This document shows, piece after piece, positions 55,329 through 64,000 of a stretch of DNA of 64,000 nucleotides. The DNA comes from Octopus vulgaris (Eukaryota): NCBI GenBank assembly GCA_951406725.2, contig OX597825.1:20894001-20958000 (forward strand). The letters are read 5' to 3'. The notes below the pieces were generated by a model. The model was not told where the DNA came from. It ran no database searches and was given only the letters and a program-made list of their open reading frames with translations. The position numbers were made by a program, and so were the translations under genes. Within the stretch, counting starts at the first letter, position 1. Each line of letters starts with the position of its first letter.

Positions 55329-55550
55329 AAATGGCAGAATATGATATGATGGAGATTTGGTCTGGTTACTATTTCTAGTAAGGCAAATGTCCACATTGAG
55401 GCTTGTCCAAATGTAGTATTCACAGGAGCAAAGACCAAGGTAATAGCAGTCAAAAAGATACAGAAAAGGGGATGGAGATTATGATGATGATGGTGATCAT
55501 CATCATCATTTTAATGTCCATTTTTCAAAGCTTACCTGGTTGGATGAAGT

Positions 55551-56218
55551 TTATAATAATAATAAAACATTGTGTACAGTGCTCAGGTGCACTACAACTC
55601 ATCTAAAGTGTATGTATAGTACATAGGGTAATGTACAAGCATCAGGAAAAGAACAGTGCATGAGTCATGACATACACATATGTGTATGAGTATGGAAGGG
55701 GGACAATCAGGTGTAGTTTCAGCAGATTTCGGAAAGCATGAGGGCCTTAAAGGATGCAGTGTCATGGCAGTCAACAACTGATGCAGGCAGTTTGTTCCAT
55801 ACTTCAGCAACTCTGAGCGTGAAAAAATGTTTCCGAAAGTCATGGGAGCTGTGCTGTTTTCTGACTTTGTAGGCATGTCCACGTGTGTTGGACACATGGA
55901 GATCAAAAAGGTGTTCGGTGGTTGATAACTTTGTGGGTGTTTACCAAGTCCATCGCCAGATGCCGGAGCTTCAGTGAATCCATGCCCAGGGAAACAAGGC
56001 GCTCAGAGTATGGTAGGTGTCTGATGGAGGGTATGCGTTTGGTTGCACGTCTCTGAACAGATTCCAGGAGGTCAATGTTCTGAGCAAGATAGGGGTTCCA
56101 AACTGATGATGCGAATTCCAAGTGTGGTCGTACCATAGCTGTATACAGCTTTAAATAGATGGCTGGAGAGCGGCTAACAAAAGTCTTGCTGAGTGATGCC
56201 AAGACACCCTCGGCCTTG
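55551..56218 (-). mobile_element. 5'-truncated CR1-group LINE (ORF2 C-terminus plus 3' UTR), frameshifted
   Basis: LYTAMVRPHLEFASSVWNPYLAQNIDLLESVQRRATKRIP..LPYSERL, continuing in another frame as TRGHAYKV..FRKHFFTLRVAEVWNKLPASVV. These are typical CR1 post-RT motifs. Confidence 0.9.
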
Positions 56219-58133
56219 AAGCAGATATTCTAAGGCTGGATCCCATTCCTGTAACAAACCCTCAACTGCTTCCAAGTAAAGTAGTATATTCACTTCTCTA
56301 CTGATTACAAAGAGGAGAACAAGCTGAGGAGGGAAGACATGGACAGAAGACAAAAAAAAAAAAAAAAAAGAAATTCTCAAAGTCCTGTACTTTTTAGGTG
56401 TCAATCATTTTTTAAGTTTTATTACATTTATGACAAAGAGGATGTTCATGTGTGTGTGCTTATATATATATATAAATATAATACACAAACATTTTGTGAT
56501 TTAACAATGCAACCAATGGTTTCATGCAGTGAAATTTTCACAATTATTAATGTGTTCCGCTTCAGAATGTTGGTAACTGGCCTCCATTGGTAGCACTGTT
56601 ATTCTACAAGTAAAGTTCATATTTATCCACCAAACGCAGCATCGAGTACTCACCCTCACTGTTTGCCACTATTGTGTGCGTGTGTGTGTATATATTTGAA
56701 TAAAAGAATAGAACTGGCTTTCTGATAATTTTTCCACTTTAATAACTTAGACGCTTATAAATTATTAGGTGTTATAAACACCTAACAACTTATAAATATC
56801 TAAATATTAAAGTGGAAAAATTATCAAAAAAAACCCCATTTCTGTTCTTTTTCTTTTTCAAATATATAATACTGTGCCAAGGACATTCTATTTGTAATTC
56901 CATTACATATATATGTGTGTGTGTGTACATATATATATTACACACATATCCTCTCATCATTTTACGTTTACCGTGTATATACATACACACACACATACAT
57001 ATATACACACACATACACATATATATATACACACACACACATATATACATACACACACATATATACATACACACACATAAATATATATATATACACACAC
57101 ACATACATATATATACACACATAAATACATATATATATATATACACACATATATATATACATACATATGCACTCACATATATATATACACACACACACAT
57201 ACATACATTCATTCATATATATGTATATATATATAAATATATATACAACCATACATATATATATATAAAGTCATTATCTAATATATACTTTTCCATGATG
57301 GCATGGGTTAGACAAAACTTACTGAGCTTTTTGATATTTTTGTTGACCCCCAACAATCATTTGTTTCCAAAGAAAGTACTATCTCTCCTTGACCCTTGAA
57401 TAATAAACAGCTCAGTGATCGGACATATTTTCACAGTTACATATAAACCAAAATAACATTACAAACATAGAGACATTTTTTTTTTTTTTAGCAGTGTGCA
57501 AACAACATCAAGACAACAGGGAAATATAAACCCCACCAACCCAAATATATATGTACGAGGCTTCGTACTGCTTCTGTCAACAAATTCCACCCACAAAGCT
57601 TTGGTTAGCTCAAAGTTATAGCAGAAAACATTCGATCAGTATCGTATAATTGGAGCAAATCAAAAAATCATATGGTTGCTCATATGCTGTTGATTATCCA
57701 TTATACAGCACTTGTACTTGTATAAAATATGATAAAAAAAAAACTGGGCTTCAGAAGGCAAACTGAAATGTCATATGAAGATGGTTCATCAAAACAATTT
57801 TGTAACACCTATTGCAAGAAGTGCCCATCGTTACCAAATCTGAACCAAAGACCATCAGTTTCTGGCAGGACTGAAAAGCAATGGCATTACTCAAAATTGA
57901 GTTGCAGCCATCATATGTGTGTGTGTGTGTGTGTGTATATATTAATCTTTTACTTGTTTCAGTAATTGGATTGATGTCCCATGCTGGGGCATCACTTTGA
58001 AGGGTTTTAGCCAAACGAACTGACCCCAGTAGTTTTTTTTCTTTCTTTTGAAGGTCTTGTACTTATTCTACTGGTCTCACATACCGACCTGTTAAGACAT
58101 GAGGACATAAACAAACCACCACTGGTTGTCAAG

Positions 58134-58370
58134 CACAAAACACTGTTATTTACGAGAAAACCTCTCACATGGACTTGTGGTGCATATAAGCACTCATGTC
58201 TATATCGCCAGTGGGAGATAAGTACTAGGAAGGCTGAAATCACATGATCAGGTAGTTCTGGCAGTGGTAGCAGACAATTATCTCCTGCTAGCGATATAAG
58301 CACAAGTGCCTACATGCACCACAAGTCCATATGAGAGGTTCTCTCGGGGTAACTAATGCAGTATTTTGTG
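58134..58370. mobile_element. Foldback/MITE-like element with ~88-bp diverged arms
   Basis: CACAAAACACTG...GAGATAA pairs with TTATCTCC...CAGTATTTTGTG; it interrupts a SINE-A remnant; no clear TSD. Confidence 0.65.
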
Positions 58371-58709
58371 TTCTAACACAACACCCATTTTAAGCAGGGA
58401 TAAATATCACCTGAATTATATACATACATACATACATACAAAAACATGCATGTGCACACAGACAAATAAACGTACAAGCACAAAATCTTTTTATTTTACA
58501 TAAAAATGTATGTGAATGCCAGAGAGAGACAGAGAGAAAATAAGACATGACATTCATGTAGAGAAACCAAGCCAAAAGTGAGACTCCAGAGTGTGATGCA
58601 AGCCCTTTGCACATCTAAATGAGCGGAGCACGCACAAATACGTTGACTCAAACCGTGGTGACCTGTCCAAACCATGCCAGCATAGAAAATGGACATAAAA
58701 TGATGATAG

Positions 58710-58740
<31 letters not shown>

Positions 58741-58744
<4 letters not shown>

Positions 58745-58820
58745 CAAAACTGTCCGACGAACAGGAACGTGAAACTCCGAGTAACAGCTTTTGTTATATT
58801 TCTGCTGCTTTTAAATAAAG

Positions 58821-58824
<4 letters not shown>
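58741..58824 (+). mobile_element. Very short Penelope-like fragment with hammerhead-like motif at 58750-58787
   Basis: CTGT-CCGACGA-acaggaacgt-GAAACTCCGAG-TA-ACAG followed by AATAAA, embedded in (TA)n. Confidence 0.55.
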
Positions 58825-58867
<43 letters not shown>

Positions 58868-58908
58868 GTATATATATATATGTATATATATGTATGTATA
58901 TATGTATG

Positions 58909-58941
<33 letters not shown>

Positions 58942-59167
58942 ATATATATATATATACATATGTATATATATGTATGTATATATATATATATATATATATA
59001 GATGTATATGTATGTAATACATATACATATATTTATATAGATGCATATAAATAGAAAAGCAGAAATAATGAGTATGAAAAAAGCAAAACACAGAGACCGT
59101 CAAAACAGTTGACAATGAGGAATGTTACAAAAATATGACAACGAATTAATAATAATAATAATAATAA

Positions 59168-59658
59168 TCCTTTCTAATAGAGGCACAAGGCCTGAAATTT
59201 GGGGGGAGGGGGTCTAGTCGATTACATCGACCTCGGTGTTTCAGTGGCACTTAATTTATCGACCCCAAAAGGATGAAAGGTAAAGTCGACCTCGGCAGAA
59301 TTTGAACTCAGAACTAGCATCAGGTGGAATACTGCTAAGCATTTCGTCCAGCATGCTAACGATTCTTCCAGCTCACCGCCTTAGCAATAATGAAATAATA
59401 ATAATAATAATGATGATGATTATTATTATTTCAAATTTTGGCACAGGGCCAGTCTTTAAAGGGAGGGGGAAGTCGATTGCATCAAACTCCGCCAGTGTCC
59501 AACTGGTGTGGTACTTGTTTTATCGACTCTGGAAGGATGAGAGGGAAAGTTAACCTCAGCAGAATTTGAACTCAGAACATGAAGATGTAAAGACAGAAGA
59601 AATGCTGTGAAGCATTTTGTCCGGTGTGTTAATGATTCTGCCAGCTCACTGCCTTAGA

Positions 59659-59694
<36 letters not shown>

Positions 59695-60423
59695 TAACAA
59701 TACTAGTAATAATGGCTTCAAATTTAACTACAAGGGCAGCAGTTTTGGGGAAATGGATGAGTCGATTACGTTGACCCCAGTACGCAACTGGTACCTATTT
59801 TATCGACCCTGAAAGGATGAAAGGCGAAGCTGACCTCAGTGGGATTTGAACTCAGAAAATAGCAACAGGCGAAATACCGCTAAGCATTTCCTCTGGTGCA
59901 CTAACAATTCTGCTAGTTCACTGCCTTAGAAATAATAATAATAATAATTATTATTATTATTATTATTTCGGTTCTAGGCACAAGGCCTTGAAATATTTTG
60001 GGGGAAAGGGCGGGGGGGTGGTGGGGACTAGTCGATTGTATTGACCCCAGTGCATAACTGGTACTTATTTCATCAAGGGCAAAGTCAACCTCAGCAGAAT
60101 TTGGATTCAGAACATAACGGCAGACGAGATACTACTAAGCATTTCCCCTGGTGTGCTAATGATTCTGCCAACTTGCCACCTTAGAAATAATAATAATAAT
60201 AATCCTTTCTAATGGAAGTACAAGGCGTCAAATTTGTAGGATGGGATTAACTTGATTATATCGACCCCAGTGCATAACCGGTACTTTATTTCATTGACCT
60301 CGAAAGGATGAAAAGGCAAAGTCGACCTTGATGGAATTTGAACTCAGAATGTAGCGGCAGACAAAATACTACTAAGCATTTCGCTTGGTGTGCTAACAAT
60401 TCTGCCAGCTCACCACCTTAGAA

Positions 60424-60465
<42 letters not shown>

Positions 60466-60617
60466 GTTTCAGATTTTGGCACAAGGCCAGCAGGTTTGGG
60501 CAAGGGTTAGGGTTAGGGTTAGGGTTAAGTCAGTACTTATTTTAGTGTCCTTGAAAGGATGAAAAGGTAAAGTGGACCTTGACGAAATTTGAACACACAA
60601 TGTAAAAATGGACGAAA
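59168..60617 (-). mobile_element. Array of six co-oriented SINE-B copies separated by (AAT)n
   Basis: Units start at ~59168, 59428, 59713, 59969, 60203 and 60463. Confidence 0.85.
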
Positions 60618-60631
60618 TAATAATAATAATA

Positions 60632-60663
<32 letters not shown>

Positions 60664-60729
60664 AAAAATAATGTTATAAAAATTAATAGGGAATGATAAA
60701 AGTAAAAGAATAATTAAAAAAAAAAATTT

Positions 60730-61122
60730 ATAGAAATTTTACAAAAGTCAAAACAAACAACACTCTAATGTGATGAATGAGAAAAAATTTCAAATGATTA
60801 TCAGATTCTTTGAGACCCTTGTGGCAGCATAGAACATGATTCTGAGGATAATGATAGCATCCATCCATCCATCTTTGCATCAACACACCAACACGGAAAT
60901 TCAGAGGATGATCCAACATTATTTCACCATTACTGGTGACATATAACAAAAAATTTTGCAAACAGGACACCAACCAAAGCTTGCACCACCCCGTTTCATG
61001 GTCCATTGCATTTTCTTTTCTTTTTTGTTTAAATTTATATTTTATTGTTTTATTTTATTTTATTTTTTGTTTTTTGCTCAGCAAAAATCATTGGTGGTAA
61101 TGAAGTATAAAGATTGCAAACA

Positions 61123-61193
<71 letters not shown>

Positions 61194-61397
61194 AAATATA
61201 TATATACATATGTGTGATTTGTTTTTGTTTGTTTGTTATTTTTTTTATTTTTGATTATTTTTCTCTTTTTTTTTTCTCTCTCTCTTTTTTTCGATGACCT
61301 TGTCTGTAGTTTGTTTTACAAAACCCCCGATTGGTTCCTCGGCTCTGCTAACCCATTCTTGGAGAAGACTTGTTATGGCGGAAGAGCGCTGCCTATT
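60730..61397 (-). other. Probable MORF4L1 3' UTR (end not determined)
   Basis: Mostly unique sequence directly after the stop codon. AATAAA-like hexamers occur on the minus strand near 61040-61065, but inside an A-rich tract. Confidence 0.4.
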
Positions 61398-61482
61398 TCA
61401 GCCGACTTTCCGCAAATATTCTGGAGTCACAGATATGTAGTCGGAGACGTTGAATAAATTTGCAACATTCTTCTGTAAATAT
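61398..61482 (-). CDS. MORF4L1: MRG15/MORF4L1 last coding exon: (R)YLQKNVANLFNVSDYISVTPEYLRKVG*
   Basis: Polypyrimidine tract then ctttgcag|ATATTTACAG; TGA stop at 61400-61398. Matches the MRG15 C-terminus YLAKNSATLFSASDYEVAPPEYHRKAV. Confidence 0.95.
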
Positions 61483-62015
61483 CTGCAAAGAAGGAGAAAA
61501 ACAGAAAACGTGAAACAGACTTGCTCAATTAGAACAAGGAAAAATATTGGTTTCAAATTTTGGCACAATACCAGTAATTTCAGAAGGAGGAATAAGTTCA
61601 CAACATTAACCTCAGTACTCAACTGGTACTTATTTAATTAATCCCAAAATAACGAAGTTCAAAGTCAACCTCATCAGAATTTGAAATCAGAACGTTAAAC
61701 TGTTCTATATTTTAGAGGCGTAGGAGTGGCTGTGTGGTAAGTAGCTTGCTTACCAGCCACATGGTTCCGGGTTCAGTCCCACTGCGTGGCACCTTGGACA
61801 AGTGTCTTCTACTATAGCCTCAGGCCAACAAAAGCTTTGTGAGTGGATTTGGTAGACGGAAACTGAATGAAGCCCATCGAATCCCCCCCAACATCACCGT
61901 CCAACCCATGCTGGCATGGAAAGCGGACCTTGAACAATGATGATGATGATGAAAAGGAGGAGAATTTGTACCGTAATTATATACAAAGAAACAAAATTAA
62001 AAAAAAAAAACAAAC

Positions 62016-62100
62016 CTGAGAAAATCATGAAGGTGGGTTAACAGCAACTGTATACTCTTTTCATCAAGTGAAGTGTAGGCAAGCATGCCTCCAATCTTGA
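62016..62100 (-). CDS. MORF4L1: MRG15/MORF4L1 penultimate coding exon: (V)KIGGMLAYTSLDEKSIQLLLTHLHDFL(R)
   Basis: ctatttttag|TCAAGATT...TTCTCAG|gtttgt. 85 bp, phases 1 to 2 join both neighbouring exons in frame. Matches RIGAMLAYTPLDEKSLALLLNYLHDFLK of MRG15. Confidence 0.95.
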
Positions 62101-62378
62101 CTAAAAATAGAGAAAAAAGGGAAATAAAAATCATAAATCTATCACTAAACCTAACATTATGCAAAAGGTTTACAATACAGATGTGTGTATATGTATGTGT
62201 GTAAAAAGCACCCACTACACTCGCGGAGTGGTTGGCGTTAGGAAGGGCATCCAGCTGTAGAAACACTGCCAGACCAGACTGGAGCCTGGGGCAGCCCCTG
62301 GCTCCCCAGACCCCGGTCGAAACCGTCCAACCCGTGCTAGCGCGGAAAACGGACGTTAAACGATGATGATGATGATGA

Positions 62379-62417
<39 letters not shown>

Positions 62418-62575
62418 GGTCCCGGGTTGATTCGGGGTTAACCACAGTATATACTCAATACATAGCAGAGTAAAATTAATTTATTATATATTCTACAGGA
62501 CTAGTACTGTTTCATTCAAGAGAAATATAGGAGCTTCCTGAAGATTTCTATTGATGATATATCCTGTAGAACTCC

Positions 62576-62693
<118 letters not shown>

Positions 62694-63054
62694 GGTGAGT
62701 TGGCAAAATCGTTAGCATGCCAGGTGAAATGCTTAACAGTATTTCGTCTGCCGTTACTTTCTGAGTTCAAATTCCACCGAGGCCGACTTTGCCTTTCATC
62801 CTTTCAGGGTGGATTAAATAAGAACCAGTTACGCACTGGGATCAATGTCATCGACTTAGTCCCTTTGTCTGTCCTTGTTTGTACCCTCTATGTTTAGCCC
62901 CTTGTGGGCTATAAAGAATTTTACATATATATATATATATATATATAGTATGTATATATATAGACATATACATTGTCATTCATGACCCCTCTCCTCTCAA
63001 AGATTCCTTGTCTTGCAAGTTACATTCAAAGCAATGTGGATAAATAAGCATTAA

Positions 63055-63271
63055 CCCTTTCGATACCAACCCAGCTGAAACCGCCTCTGGCTTTGTAGTA
63101 CAAATGTCTTGTCTCCATAAGCTTTGAATTAAAATCTTCCACCGAACCTTAGTCACAATTTATGTTCCTACACTAGCTAAATGATAACTAAATTATTTTA
63201 TTAAATTCTTTGTTATATTTAAAATTAATTGAAAGAAACACAGAGCATTTCAAAATATAGTAACAAAAGGG
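63055..63271. mobile_element. TTAA-flanked MITE (piggyBac-like termini) in a MORF4L1 intron
   Basis: ttaa|CCCTTT...AAAGGG|ttaa. Partial relatives near 17397, 18650-18746 and 7859-7960. Confidence 0.7.
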
Positions 63272-63386
63272 TTAAATTAAAGTAACCTGAATGCTAAGAA
63301 GTTAAAGAAAATAAAATTTCAAATACTACAAAACTCCAATAATAGTAACAGCAACGATAAAAATGGCAATAATGACATCTACTTAC

Positions 63387-63456
63387 CAAAAAGTCGTAAA
63401 AGATGAGTAGCACCGTAAATAGAAGACATCGGAATATCGGGATGAGCTTCAAGAAG
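63387..63456 (-). CDS. MORF4L1: MRG15/MORF4L1 orthologue, third-last coding exon (MRG domain): LLEAHPDIPMSSIYGATHLLRLF(V)
   Basis: Minus strand reads ttattccag|CTTCTTGAA...CTTTTTG|gtaagt. 70 bp, phase 0 to 1. Peptide matches the recalled MRG15 segment ILADHPDAPMSQVYGAPHLLRLFV. Upstream exons lie beyond the window. Confidence 0.95.
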
Positions 63457-64000
63457 CTGGAATAAAATATATGTGTATGATAGAGGAAGGATATATATAG
63501 TCAATTGAACTGACCCCAGTATGTAACTGGTACTTATTGCCACCAGAACAACCACTCTTAAAAGATATAAGGCAAAGTGACACAGTTAATAAATATTTGA
63601 ACACAAGACATAGAGGAACAAAACTAATTATGAAATTAATTTACTCTGAGGGTCTGATATTTTTAATTAGTTACTATGGTAACTTTATGACTGTTCAACA
63701 CAGTAAAGTGAAACATCTGTATTAGCAATGCCCATGCATGGATAAGATCTAAGATATCCACAATAAAAGTAAGAATGGTTTGCATAGCTCCACACTACCT
63801 TATTTGGTCATACAGGCAATCACCAAAAACACAGAAAACACTAAGAGACCATTGAGGTATTACAAATAGTTGAAGATCAAAGACGATACTGGCTTGATAT
63901 AAGATGGTGAGCTGGCAGAACCATTAGCACAACACGCAAAATGCTCGTGGCATTTCGTCTGCATTCAGTTTCTGAGTTCAAATTATGCCGAGGTCAAATT

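Noticed and set aside
56103-56125. Other CTGATGA/CTGAAGA matches as hammerheads (also ~3470, ~28592, ~41620, ~47625)
   Set aside because: No stem II plus GAAA plus closing stem I arrangement.

Overview
AT-rich, microsatellite-dense animal genomic DNA. The repeat families look like those of an octopus (inference from recall of the SINE families). One gene is firmly identified: the last three coding exons of an MRG15/MORF4L1 orthologue on the minus strand (63456-61398). A second minus-strand gene of unknown identity probably starts near 52.3 kb, with a non-coding exon followed by an exon ending in ATG|GTAAGT at 48843. Most of 1-48.8 kb would then be intron. The rest is transposon-derived: at least four short retroposon families, CR1 and RTE LINE fragments, non-autonomous Helitrons (two carrying a captured SINE), Merlin-like MITEs with internal TTAGGG tracts, and hAT, Tc1/pogo and TTAA MITEs. 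The most interesting signal is a set of short, non-coding Penelope-like elements, mostly in (TA)n tracts, each carrying a minimal type I hammerhead ribozyme fold. Their catalytic cores differ: canonical CUGAUGA, a compensatory G3-C8 swap inside a near-perfect 285-bp palindrome, A6U and U4C. Almost all ORFs in the supplied track are microsatellite or repeat artefacts. Repeat boundaries were read by eye and may be off by some bases.
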